From Ascoidea asiatica JCM 7603 (lineage: Eukaryota > Fungi > Ascomycota), in assembly GCA_001600695.1 (NCBI GenBank), contig BCKQ01000005.1, forward strand, positions 591,542-655,541: DNA of 64,000 nucleotides, written 5' to 3'. Under the pieces are notes generated by a model. The model did no database searches and was not told where the DNA came from. It saw only the letters and a program-made list of their open reading frames with translations. This document shows, in pieces, positions 23,758-35,196 of the stretch. Positions within the stretch are counted from its first letter, which is position 1. Every line of letters begins with the position of its first letter. The translations under genes and the position numbers were made by a program.

Positions 23758-25013
23758 GCACATGTTTAATTAGGTAAGGTTATGATCAGCCAGTAATGCA
23801 ATTACGCGATAAACTTCCTAATTTCTTATACTTTTATTATACTCTCTCTTAATCAATATGATTTTTAACTTCTAAATTTCAAATTGCAAATTGTTCATAA
23901 CAGCTAAATGTATACATAATTTTATGTTTAAAAAAAAAACTACTCGGGAACAATATAATGTTTTAGGTTTTTAAACCAGTATTCATATTTTTCGCCTAAA
24001 TAATTTAAGGTTTTTAGCTAAGGTATGCCCAGCATGAAAGCTGATGCTATGTTGATGTTTATTGAAGCACCAATTTTATGGATTTTTCAGGCAAATGAGC
24101 TGTTTATTATTGATTCGCAGTTTATAGCAATTTTTGGAAAATGAGTTAAAAAATAACGTTGATGAAGAAAAATAAAAAGTTTTAAATTAGTTTAGGTTTT
24201 GAACTTAATCTTTAAAACCTAACATTACATGTTTCCGCAAAAAACTAGCATCAAGAATAGATCCGAAAATATGATATGGAGTAGTGTACGTAAAAGTCAA
24301 TACAAAATTTACTTGCAACAATAATTTATTTCTTATTTATTCCTAATTTGCTAAAAAATTTGAGCAAAATTCATAAAATTCATAAAATCCAGAAAATTTA
24401 CTCGAGCTGAAAATTTTTTTACATACATTTTGAGTTTTAAAGTAAAATTTGTGTAGGTTTCGTATGTTCACAAATCTCATATTACACAGTAAAGACTCGA
24501 GACTCGAGTCCATTATTTTTTTTGAATTGGTTGAGGAAATACAAATCAAAGGTTCATTAGCGTGATCTGTTACTAGTAGACCAGTAGTATTGTATTATAA
24601 TAGTGAAGTATCGTAGTATTTATTCAATAATTTTATATTTTACCATAGATTTCTGGCAAAGTACAAATAAAAGTACAAATGAAGTGAATAAAGACTTTCA
24701 TTTTGACTTTGGTTCAACTTGCTGAAAGTTAAATTAAATATTATTAATTAGTATCCAATTGCAAATTATCAATTGAATGTTCACCCACAAAAGCACTAAA
24801 TATCTTATGTTTTCTAAAGAATTATTATTCTAGCCGAACCAATAAAAACCATATTTTAATTACCTGGAATTTTAAAGAGGTATAAATTGACGAACAATAT
24901 TGGTAGCTTCTGAGCCGATAAAGCTCCTGAGTTTTTTCAGTTAATTAAGTAATTCTAAAAACAAAACCAATTTACAAATTCCTTTTTCCAACATTGAATT
25001 CAAGTTATTTGTA

Positions 25014-25069
25014 ATTCATATTCATATTCATATTCATATTCATATTCATATTCATATATTCATATTCAT
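25014..25069. repeat. (ATTCAT)n hexanucleotide microsatellite
   Basis: About 9 copies with one interruption. Confidence 0.9.
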
Positions 25070-26120
25070 GCTTAGCTTATTTATGTTTAGTTTCTTCACA
25101 TTTACATTAAATGATATTCTCTGATGATTGTGGTTCTAAGTACAATATTGTAGCCATATTACACCTTGTACCTCACTGCACTCGAATGAGCCAATGATCG
25201 TTCTTTTAGGCTATATTATACCACATTACACTACGCTACTGTTAACACTACTGATGCTTTAACTGTAATTTTACTTGAAAAAGCAAAATCAAAATCAAAA
25301 CAAAATCCAAAAACAGAAAATGTTTTGAATTTATTATTTAAATTCTCTTTACACCCTAAAAGTTCTTCTATTACTGTAGCTACTGTAGTAGTGTATCATA
25401 TATTTTAGATCTTTTTTATAGGCTATCAACCAATATTAGTTTCGTATTTTTATAGATCTAAGTATACGTATTACAAATAATTTAAAATTGCAATTCAAAT
25501 CCAAATACAAATTTTGATTTCAGTCTCAAATATCTTGAGTCAATAATTCTCATTATTATGCTTTCACTTTTTTATTTTTTCTTTATATAAAACTATCTTC
25601 ATTTCCAATTGAAATTAAAAACTTTAAGACAGTCCTCTCTTTTTTTTTTCTTGTTTTTTTGTTTTTTGATTTTTGATTTTTGATTTTTTTTGATTCTCTT
25701 GATTTGTTTTTAACTTTCATCAAAACTTTTTTTTCAGACAGCCTTACTTTACTTAAGTTAAACTACAATTTAAAGGGTTAATAGAATAGAACTTCAGACA
25801 TTTCATTCAACATCTTTGGAATTTTACTTTCTTAAAAAAACTTATTTTAATTGATTTAAAATACTACCAACATTAGTAAACCTTTTGAAAACTCTTATTT
25901 ATCTTTAATTTCTTAAGCAATTTATATATATAGACAAATATATATTTGTTTATCTATACTGCTATAAATAGTATATTCATTATATCTTAGATCTGTCCCT
26001 AAAATTATAATTATAAATATATATATATATATATATATATAAATATACTAATAATTTCCTTAAACCTATTTCACAATTTAACAATCAAAAGAAAAAAAAA
26101 ATAAGCTTGATTTCTCCATT

Positions 26121-28805
26121 ATGTCTAACTATTTAAACAGGAAATCTGAACAAATGGCTTTACAAACTTCATTACAGGAAAATTTAGACAATTTAAATAA
26201 AAAAAATGATTATATAACTCCAACTTCAACTCCAACTGATTCCTCAAAAGATATAATCACTTTTCCTCAAAATAAGCTAAATTCTATTCAATATCCAAGA
26301 CAATTGCCAACACCTTCTGCCGAAGAACTAAAATCTGCAAATCTGAATATTGATTCTCATAATTCATTCATTAAAGTTTCTTCTAATTCTTCTTCTCAAG
26401 GAACTTTGCAAATTCAACAGCAACAGCAACAACAAAATCAAGAAAATTTTCAAAATTTAGATACTTGTTATGTTTATCAATCTCAAGGATCTTCAAATAA
26501 TAGGAAAAATTCTCAAAATTCAATAAGTCCAACATTTTTTTCCTCAATATCAAATGATTCAAATATTTCAAATATTTCAAATAATCGAAATTTTAGAGGT
26601 AATAAAACCTTAAATAAAAGCTCAAATCTAAAACTGGTTCAAAATCGAAATCAATTTTCAAATTCACGTTTAAATAATAACAATAATAATAACAATAATA
26701 ATAGCAATAATAGTAATAATAGTGATAATATTAATAATTTTAACAATAACAATAATAGTAATAGTAACAACTTCAATTCAAATTCAAATTCCGTTTCCAA
26801 TGGTAGAATTTCAAAACCTTCTCCAACAAATTCTTCATTAAATTCAAATGGTGCAAAAACTTTCATAAACAATAAATATAGAGCAAATACTTTAGAATCT
26901 TTAGTACCTATTCAAACAGCAAACAATGTAAACAAAATCAGAAATAATGCAAATAATATAAATATTAATAATAATAATGGAAATGGTAATAGTGGTAATA
27001 ATGGTAATAATTGTAATATCAATAATACTTTGGATAATATGCAAAATATCAATACTATCACAAATGGAAACAATAATGTCAACACTAATATCAATAATTT
27101 AGTCAATTTGAATTATATAGGCAGAATGAATAATGATAATAACAATGTGAGTGAAAACAAAGGAGGTTCTTTAACTAATGTATCGAATATTTTACCAAAT
27201 CAAAATCAGCAATTATTTCCTCAAAATTGGACAATTCAAAATACAGTTTCTTCAAATAGATGGCTGCAACAACAGCAACAACAACAACAACAACAGCTGC
27301 AACAACAACAGTTTCAACAGTTTTCAAATGATTTTGGCTTTCAAAATAAGCATATGTATACTAATTCCACTGGTTTCGTTACAGTTACTGGAAATAATAG
27401 ACTAACAAGGCATAGTTATCCAAGTTTCATACCACGCAATCAGTCTAATCAATCAGTTATTGTTCCAAGATTAGTTAGGACTTTAAATTTGCCAGTTGTT
27501 AAATATGGTAGTCCAGAAGATGTTCAAAGATATCCAAGAGTCCAATTGCATATTGCTGGTAATCTATCAGCAATGGAAAAAAATTGGACACCTGAAGAAG
27601 TAAAAGCTCAAAGAAGACTCGTTAAATTTGATTCTCAATTAAATGGTATTGAATTAACTGTTTCTTTTAAACCAATTACGTATAGTGAATATAAACCAAG
27701 AACTCCAGTGATTTCTTGTATTCACTGGAAAGATTCAAATAAGTATTATGTAACTTCGGTTGATTGTATTTCTGTTTTAGAGTATATTGTTAAATCAAAA
27801 TTTGCTGTTGAAGAAAAAAATAGAATTAGAAGAAATTTACAAGGTTTGAAACCTTTAACAATTCAAAGAGCAGCACCAAGTTATAGTGATTTCTTCAGTC
27901 AGATAATGGATTATCCAGCTCCAAGACCAAGAAATATTGAAAAAGATATAAAAGTTTTTCATTGGAATTCATTAAGTGATGCTTTAGGTAAAGTATTAAG
28001 TAAATATTGTTGCGACTTTGAAAATGGTGATCAGGTAGGTGGTTATGAATTGAATAATTTTAATAATTATAATAATATAGGTAATTTTAACAATGGAAAC
28101 TATTATCCAGTGCCTACTTATAATCCCAATTATATTCCATCATTTGTATCAGTTCAACAACCTAATCCATTTCAACCCCAAAATATTTCAATTTTAAATC
28201 AAACTCAAAATCAACCACAATCAATAATTGGTAATGAAAACTCAACTCAAAATCAATTACCGATGCAATCTCAACCTCAATCACAATCTCAAATATCAAC
28301 CTTGGCACAAGGTCAAGGCCAAACTCAATTACAATCACAGGTTCAAAATCAATATAATCAAAATTGGTCACAACAAAATCAATCACAAGCCCAGATACCT
28401 TCAAATTCCAACTTTAACTCTAATCAGATAAATTCTCAAAATCCTATTGTTCGAGCTAATTCCCAACCAAATTCCCATATACAGTCACCAAATCAAACTC
28501 AGCAGCAGCAGCAGCAACAGCAATTGAACCAACGCCAACAACAAAACAATCAAAATACAAGAAGGCAACTGGAAATTCAAAGGCAGCTATCAATCAAAAA
28601 TTATAATTATACTGGACCTCAATCACTGGCTCAAGTTCGAAATAATCAACAAATTTTTCAATCAGAAGTAAAATATTCTAAAAAAATTAACAATAGTTCC
28701 AATCAATGGAGTTATAGATCAATCGATTCAAATCAAATTAAATCAGAATTAAAATCACCTTTAACGGTAACTAATTGCTCAAATGCAGGTAAATTTGATT
28801 TTTAA
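26121..28805 (+). CDS. MedA/ACON-3-type (DUF7082) fungal developmental regulator with large Q/N-rich low-complexity regions
   Basis: NWTPEE..RRLVKF, ISCIHW..YYVTSVDCISVLEYIV..FAVEEKNRIRRNLQG.KP, IMDYPAPRPRNIEKDIKVFHW. Confidence 0.8.
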   Translation: MSNYLNRKSEQMALQTSLQENLDNLNKKNDYITPTSTPTDSSKDIITFPQNKLNSIQYPRQLPTPSAEELKSANLNIDSHNSFIKVSSNSSSQGTLQIQQQQQQQNQENFQNLDTCYVYQSQGSSNNRKNSQNSISPTFFSSISNDSNISNISNNRNFRGNKTLNKSSNLKLVQNRNQFSNSRLNNNNNNNNNNSNNSNNSDNINNFNNNNNSNSNNFNSNSNSVSNGRISKPSPTNSSLNSNGAKTFINNKYRANTLESLVPIQTANNVNKIRNNANNININNNNGNGNSGNNGNNCNINNTLDNMQNINTITNGNNNVNTNINNLVNLNYIGRMNNDNNNVSENKGGSLTNVSNILPNQNQQLFPQNWTIQNTVSSNRWLQQQQQQQQQQLQQQQFQQFSNDFGFQNKHMYTNSTGFVTVTGNNRLTRHSYPSFIPRNQSNQSVIVPRLVRTLNLPVVKYGSPEDVQRYPRVQLHIAGNLSAMEKNWTPEEVKAQRRLVKFDSQLNGIELTVSFKPITYSEYKPRTPVISCIHWKDSNKYYVTSVDCISVLEYIVKSKFAVEEKNRIRRNLQGLKPLTIQRAAPSYSDFFSQIMDYPAPRPRNIEKDIKVFHWNSLSDALGKVLSKYCCDFENGDQVGGYELNNFNNYNNIGNFNNGNYYPVPTYNPNYIPSFVSVQQPNPFQPQNISILNQTQNQPQSIIGNENSTQNQLPMQSQPQSQSQISTLAQGQGQTQLQSQVQNQYNQNWSQQNQSQAQIPSNSNFNSNQINSQNPIVRANSQPNSHIQSPNQTQQQQQQQQLNQRQQQNNQNTRRQLEIQRQLSIKNYNYTGPQSLAQVRNNQQIFQSEVKYSKKINNSSNQWSYRSIDSNQIKSELKSPLTVTNCSNAGKFDF

Positions 28806-29716
28806 GTCAACATGTTTGAAAATTCCATTTTCTCACACAATTTTACTCTTTTTCCTTGGTTAAATTTTTTTTGTTATTCTTTAAGTTATTACTATACTCT
28901 TTTTTATCTGATATTTTGAAAAATTTGAAATTCTATTTTTTGTCTTAATGAATTGACTTATTTTATGCAAGTAATTTTTTTTTTCTTTCATTTCATCTAT
29001 TGTGTTTTTCTTTTATTTATTTTTATATTCATTCATTTTTATCTTTTATGTGCCTTATGCTTTGTGATCTATGCCTTTAAATAGTCTAAAAATATATTAA
29101 AATTCTTTTATTCATATCATACTTTGTATTGAAAAAATCAGTCAAAAAGAAACTCAATCAAAAAAATCCAATTTCTATTTTCTCTTACTCCTTTTTTTAT
29201 TTCCTTCATTTTTTTTCTGTCAAAATCATAATTCGTAATTTAAAACAGTCGTTTCTTATGTTTTCTTTCAAAATAAAAGCATATTCGCGATGTTTTGCTA
29301 GAACTCGTAAACCCTGTGTGAAAATAATGACCAAAATATAAAAATTAACTCTTTTTCTTTGATTGACTGTGGAATATCATTGAAAAAATGTTTTTTTTTT
29401 GAATTGAACAAAATGTTCATTAAAACTTTTCAAGCAGATGCAAATGAGATTTAATTAATCTTACATTGAGAGTATTTCCCGATAAATTACTTCCGGAAGT
29501 AGTCATGGTCACCTGATTTTTAACCATAATTTAGCCTCGGAATATCTAATCTGGCTTGAGTCTGGGTTTCAAATAACTCAAGGTCCAAGCTTTTGCCTAC
29601 AAATCAAAGGCCTCGAAATAGAGAAATGCCTTTAAAAAAATTTTAATAAGTTGAATTTGATTGAAAATATCAAAATCTATCATCTACAGCTTCAGATTAT
29701 TAAATTTCCTTTTTTT

Positions 29717-31213
29717 ATGACCATAAAGCTATTTAGATCCAGCTTGACTGGGGGTTTCAATTCAAGATTTGAAATCATTAGAAGATCTATAACTTTCATC
29801 CACTCTCCTTCAACTTCATCAATCGATAAGCTAGATTCAAATAATGAGATCGATAAATATGATAAAAGTAATATAAATTCAAGAAATTCTTTAATCAATG
29901 ATGAGATTCCCAAATTCAAAGCCATTGGCTCTCCTCCTTCTTTGATTTCGGTTTTATTGCCTCCTTCAGTTCCAATTTATCTTCGAAAAGGATCTTTACT
30001 TGCCTTATATCCCAATTCAGAAAATACAGAGAATTTGAATTTCTCGAGTAAAATTACCAATGATGATCAAAATAAAGAAAAGACTGAAAATGAAAATAGT
30101 AATGATAATAAAAATGACAATACTTTTAGAAAATTTGATTTATCTTCAATTAATGGAGAGTTGCATTTTATTTCTCCAATTCGTCGATTTCTTTTAGGTG
30201 GATTTCCATCAATTTATCAACGCTTAGAATCTTCCATACCTTTTACAGCTTTAATTTCTTCGAACAGTAATAAAAGAAGAAGCAATAAATTTTTGAAATC
30301 TTTCAAAATCCTAAATCTAAACGGTACAAAAGATTGGGCTATTTTCCCAGAAGATTCTTTGCAGCTTTATTCTGGTAATTCATTAATAATTAAAAATCTA
30401 TTGCTACCACGAAAAATTTCAAAAACTTTTGCAAAATATTTGGCTAATAATAATAATAATAATAATAATTATGATAGTGTTCCAAATAAAAAAAATACAA
30501 AAATTGGCTTATTCAAATTCTTAAAACCTGGATATACATTTTTAACAGGGAGGGGAATTGTTGGTATAATTGGTAATGGAGAAATTTATAATGTAAATTT
30601 AAAAGCAGATGAAGAAATTTTAATCAATAAAGATAATTTATTAGCATTGAGTGTAAATGGTCCTAAAGATTTAAAGAACTTGATAGTTAGTGAAAATTTA
30701 ATGAATAATAAGTTTTTGAATATTAAAAATGATACAATAAAAATTGAAAAAGCAAATATTTTGATTAATGAGCTATCAACTAAAAATAATAAAGTTTCAT
30801 CTATTAATAATAAAAAAAATTATGAAAGTATTATAACTTCTATAAAGCTTATAAGTCTAAATATTAAAAAAATTTCAAATATTTTATCTGCCAAATTTTA
30901 TAATCTTATATCTGGTAACTCAGGTTATTTAAAGATTATTGGTCCAACTTCAATCTTAATTCAATCTAATTCTGGAAAAAAATTAAATTCAAGTAATTAC
31001 TCAAATGATAGTAATTTATCAGTTGAGAAATTACAAGAAAAATTATTATTAAATAATTCTATTGATTTAATCAGTAGTGATGATAAAAGTATTAGAAAAC
31101 CAGAAAATTATTTGAATTATGTTACCATTAAAAATGGAAAGGTCATATTTGAAAGTACTCCCGATTTTTCAGAAACTGTTAAGAGGATTGAAAACCTTAA
31201 AAAAAATAATTAA
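29717..31213 (+). CDS. AIM24: Mitochondrial Aim24 (first ATG 29717)
   Basis: FKAIGSPPSLISVLLPPSVPIYLRKGSL, LNLNGTKDWAIF, GRGIVGIIGNG, GPTSILIQS, FESTPDF; adjacent to EAF6 as in S. cerevisiae. Confidence 0.85.
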   Translation: MTIKLFRSSLTGGFNSRFEIIRRSITFIHSPSTSSIDKLDSNNEIDKYDKSNINSRNSLINDEIPKFKAIGSPPSLISVLLPPSVPIYLRKGSLLALYPNSENTENLNFSSKITNDDQNKEKTENENSNDNKNDNTFRKFDLSSINGELHFISPIRRFLLGGFPSIYQRLESSIPFTALISSNSNKRRSNKFLKSFKILNLNGTKDWAIFPEDSLQLYSGNSLIIKNLLLPRKISKTFAKYLANNNNNNNNYDSVPNKKNTKIGLFKFLKPGYTFLTGRGIVGIIGNGEIYNVNLKADEEILINKDNLLALSVNGPKDLKNLIVSENLMNNKFLNIKNDTIKIEKANILINELSTKNNKVSSINNKKNYESIITSIKLISLNIKKISNILSAKFYNLISGNSGYLKIIGPTSILIQSNSGKKLNSSNYSNDSNLSVEKLQEKLLLNNSIDLISSDDKSIRKPENYLNYVTIKNGKVIFESTPDFSETVKRIENLKKNN

Positions 31214-31288
31214 TTCAGATTTTCCTTTAGATAATTATAGTAAAATATTTTGTATATATTATAACCATTTGATTAAAATTTAATATAA

Positions 31289-32356
31289 TTAACTTATCTT
31301 TTTTCTTTTATTAGGATTTGTAGTTGGAGTCGATACAGAAATGTCAGTTTCTGAAGTTTCATTTTTAGGCAGTAAAGAAGTAGATTTTTCCTTTACTTTA
31401 ACCTTTTCCTTATCCATTTCGTTTTTGTTTTCTTTTTCGTTTTCTTTTTCTTTCTGTTTACCTTTCTGCTTTCCCTTCTCTTTTCTCTTTTCTTGATCTT
31501 GTTCTTTCTCCTTATTTTTATTCTTGTCCTTATCATTATTCTTGTCCTTATCTTTATCATTATCCTTATTAATATCCTTATTAATATCCTTATTATTATC
31601 CTTATCATTATTCTTATCAATATCGATATCATTATCGTTATCTATATCACTTTCTTTTTCTTTATCTTTATCACTTTCATTTTCTTGTTCTTTTTCTTTT
31701 TCCTTTTCTTTATCACTACTAATACTACTTATTGTAGAAGAACTATTAGAATTATTATTACTATCAGAAGAATTTTCTTTACTATTTTCTTTTTCTTTTT
31801 CTTTTGATAATTTTTCTAAATGTTTTATATAAATTGCACTGCTCAATGAAAAAATTCTATCATCATCAGTAAAAACATTTCTTTTTCTACTACTAGCATG
31901 ATGAGTGGTTCTTGTAAAATTTTCAAAACCTTTAACTAAATTTCCAGAAGAGCTATCACCTAAATAAATGGATTCTTTTTCATAAATTTCTTCTTCTAAA
32001 GAATTTAATTTTTTATCTATTTCTTTTTTTTCCATAATTGATTGATGTAAATCTTTTTTCAATTTTTCATATAAGTTTAGTTTTTCTTGGTTTGATGAAA
32101 GGCTTTTTGAATTTTTTGAATTTTTTGAGTTTTTTGAATCCTTTGTATCTTTAGAATCCTTTGAATCTTTCGTATCTTTTGTATCTTTTGAACTTTTTAC
32201 ATCCTTTATATCTTTTGTATCTTTTGAACTTTTTGCATCCTTTGTACCCTTTGTATCTTTTATATCCTTTTTTTCAATGACATCTTTTTTATCATTATTT
32301 TCCTTTTTATTATTATTTTCTTTTTTATCTTTTTTTGGCTTATTAACGGTAGACAT
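31289..32356 (-). CDS. EAF6: NuA4/NuA3 subunit Eaf6 with charged low-complexity extensions
   Basis: LNSLEEEIYEKESIYL, GNLVKGFENF, FTDDDRIFSLSS. Confidence 0.9.
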   Translation of the reverse strand: MSTVNKPKKDKKENNNKKENNDKKDVIEKKDIKDTKGTKDAKSSKDTKDIKDVKSSKDTKDTKDSKDSKDTKDSKNSKNSKNSKSLSSNQEKLNLYEKLKKDLHQSIMEKKEIDKKLNSLEEEIYEKESIYLGDSSSGNLVKGFENFTRTTHHASSRKRNVFTDDDRIFSLSSAIYIKHLEKLSKEKEKENSKENSSDSNNNSNSSSTISSISSDKEKEKEKEQENESDKDKEKESDIDNDNDIDIDKNNDKDNNKDINKDINKDNDKDKDKNNDKDKNKNKEKEQDQEKRKEKGKQKGKQKEKENEKENKNEMDKEKVKVKEKSTSLLPKNETSETDISVSTPTTNPNKRKKIS

Positions 32357-32558
32357 TTGAATTGTTGGAATATATTTTTGAATTTGAGAAATATATTATT
32401 CCAGATTACAATTAAGTAAATTATTTTATACTATTTTATTTCATTAAACTGATCAAAAAGTAATTAAAATTTCAAAGCTAAATAAATCGATTAATAAATT
32501 AGTAAATAGAGCCTGAAATATGATAAAGTTACAGTAACAATAGTTTAAATGTTATTTA

Positions 32559-32570
32559 GGTCACATGACC
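32559..32570. promoter_or_regulatory. Cbf1-type site GTCACATG within near-palindrome GGTCACATGACC, EAF6/ARP7 divergent promoter
   Basis: RTCACRTG match. Confidence 0.5.
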
Positions 32571-32747
32571 GTTTCGGGTTGTTGACAATTCAGAATTCAA
32601 CCATGAAAATAAATAAATTTCGACGCGATAAAAGAAAATTATTGAATAAAGGAATAGAAGAAGTTGAAGGAATTTATTGAGTATTCAAGAAAAGATACAG
32701 AGGTGAATATAATTGAATTAAAATAGGAATAGAAAGATATATTAGAG

Positions 32748-33884
32748 ATGGAAGAGATATCATATCCTTCTATAATTATAGATAATGGAACATGGAATAC
32801 AAAAGCAGGATTTTCTAATGAAGAATTACCTTCATTAATATTTTCAAGTAATTATGGTAAAAATACAAAAACTGGAGAAATATTTATTGGAGATGAGATT
32901 TATGAAAAAAATTTAAATTTTGAATTTGAAGATATTGAAATTTATACATTAACTAATTTCATTAATAATAAAAATAAACTAAAGAATATAAATATAAATG
33001 CTTTGAAGTCAAATAATGGTAATAGTACTAGTGATAATGTGAGTAATAACGTTAATAATAATAATAATAATAATAGTAATAATAATAATAGTAAGAAAAA
33101 GAAAAAAAAGGGAAATAAAAGTATTGATAATAATAGTAATAATAATTCGTCATTACCAATGTATAGTTATAATTGGGATATTTTAGAAAAAAATTGGGAA
33201 TATATTTTTAAAAAATTAAATTTAGATGAAGATGAAATTAAAGATTATCCATTAATTTTATGTGAAGAAATTTTTAATTTTAATTATAATAAAATTATTA
33301 AAAAAAATTTTGAGATTGGATTTGAGAAATTTAATTTAAATTTAATTTCAATTTTTAAAAATCCATTAAATATAATTTATGGAGTTGGTAAAAGTACTGG
33401 AATAGTTATTGATATTGGTAGTTCAATAACAAGTGTTAATCCAATTTTAGATGGATCAATATTATTAAAAGGATCATGTAAATCTAAAATTGGAGGTAAT
33501 TTTTTAGATTTGTATAATTTAAATTTTTTAAGAAAAAAATTTTATAATAATAATTTAGAAAAAATTTTACCAAAAAATATATTAATTAATTATAATAATA
33601 ATATAAATGGAAAAAAAGAAAATAAAAAAATTAAAGAATCATTTAAAAATTTTGAAATTACTAAAGGTATATTATATGATTTTAAACAATCAATTAATAT
33701 TGTTAATGAATATAAATTAGATTCAAATGAAAATAATAATAATTTTGAAAAAATGAGAATAAAAAATTTTATATTACCAGATAATAGAGTTATTGAAGTT
33801 GGAAAAGAACAATATGAATTAACAGAAAGTTTATTTCAACCAAAATTATATCCATTAGATGGGCTTGGAATTGATATTAAAGAA

Positions 33885-33919
<35 letters not shown>

Positions 33920-34247
33920 TTTAGATGGTATAAGTAATTTAATTATAAAATCCTTAACAAATATTGAAGTTTCTCCAGAAATTTATAAACAATTATTAAA
34001 GAATATAGTTATTGTTGGAGGTGGATCATCAATTGAAGGTATTAAATTAAGAATTCATAATGAATTACAACATGTTTTAACAAATTTTCAAATTGAAACA
34101 TATTCACCAAATGATTTAATGGAAAGACAAAATGCAAATTGGATTGGAGCAAGTATACTTGCAAGTATGAATAATTTTGATAATTTTATTTTCAAAAAGG
34201 AATATGAAGAGATTGGAGATAATGCAATCTTTGAAAGATTTAAATGA
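32748..34247 (+). CDS. ARP7: Nuclear actin-related protein, most like Arp7 (SWI/SNF, RSC)
   Basis: IIIDNGTWNTKAGFSNEELPSLIF, GIVIDIGS, NWIGASILASM, KKEYEEIG; the AGFSN-ELP N-terminus resembles Arp7 more than Arp4. Confidence 0.7.
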
Positions 34248-34535
34248 TTCAAATAATTATAATAATATTAATAATAAGAATAAATAGTTGTATCATATTA
34301 TATTGTTATATTATATTATTATATTATATAATATTATATTACGGTAAAGTATTTAGGACATTGATGTCCCAAATACAAAGAAACCTTGCACATTTATTGG
34401 TTGTTGAGAAGGGCGTAACCCGAGATTTTTGTGCGGTGCGGAAGGGCGTCGGAGCAGAGCCGGAAACGGAAGGGAAGCAGAGCGAGCCCCGACACCCGCT
34501 GAGTCAGCAGCAGCAAACACCGCAGCGACACCGCA

Positions 34536-34603
34536 GCAAACACCACTGCAAACACCACTGCAAACACCACTGCAAACACCACTGCAAACACCACTGCAAA
34601 CAC
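34536..34603. repeat. 12-bp tandem repeat GCAAACACCACT x5 plus a partial copy, inside GC-rich island 34400-34790
   Basis: Exact copies at 34536, 34548, 34560, 34572, 34584. Confidence 0.95.
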
Positions 34604-34639
34604 TCCCGGACCAAGCCCAGCAGGCCCAGCGGTACGAGT

Positions 34640-34689
34640 AAATGGATTGCAAATGGATTGCAAATGAATTGCAAATGGATTGCAAATGA
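34640..34689. repeat. 11-bp tandem repeat AAATGGATTGC x4
   Basis: Copies at 34640, 34651, 34662 (one mismatch), 34673. Confidence 0.92.
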
Positions 34690-35196
34690 GTTAACCCAAC
34701 GACGGAGAGACACATGCCATTTTACAGCCTTTGGAGCTGCTACTTCAGTGCTAGAACCACTAGTTACTACTACCACCACCAGCCAAGTGTAAAGTAAGTG
34801 TAAACACTTTCAGAATCAATTGGATTAATCTCAGAATCCAAAATTTATTACTAGCTTCAGTATTAATCTTAATCTTCGGAATAAGCAAACATCCTCCATA
34901 TTTAATACCAAAATATATTAACAGTATCAATATCAATTACCAATATCAATTACCAATCAACAGATTATAATATCTAATAAATACTACTTTTATATTCCAT
35001 TCAATTCATAATCTGGAGAGATTTCAATTTATTCATTTTACCAGTCAGTCATATACATATTTACTTTATTTAGAAACTCATAATCAATCAATCAATCAAT
35101 CAGTCCAATTAGTCTTATAAAGTAATAATACTATCTATTAATAACAATATATAATAACAAATACAGTTTATAAAAATTAAAAAAAATCGCTTTTCA

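Noticed and set aside
23631-23800. Point centromere (CDEI-like RTCACATG)
   Set aside because: No CDEII-length very AT-rich tract followed by a CDEIII CCGAA element; such E-boxes occur in many promoters here
31393-31832. Alternative-frame and antisense hydrophobic ORFs in EAF6 (similar ones in TAF10, THO2, SEA4, medA)
   Set aside because: Shadow ORFs of low-complexity charged coding sequence
34244-34792. 182-aa ORF with KHHC repeats (and antisense ORFs) resembling a metal-binding protein
   Set aside because: Translation of the 12-bp tandem repeat; several frames are open; overlaps the ARP7 stop and 3' UTR
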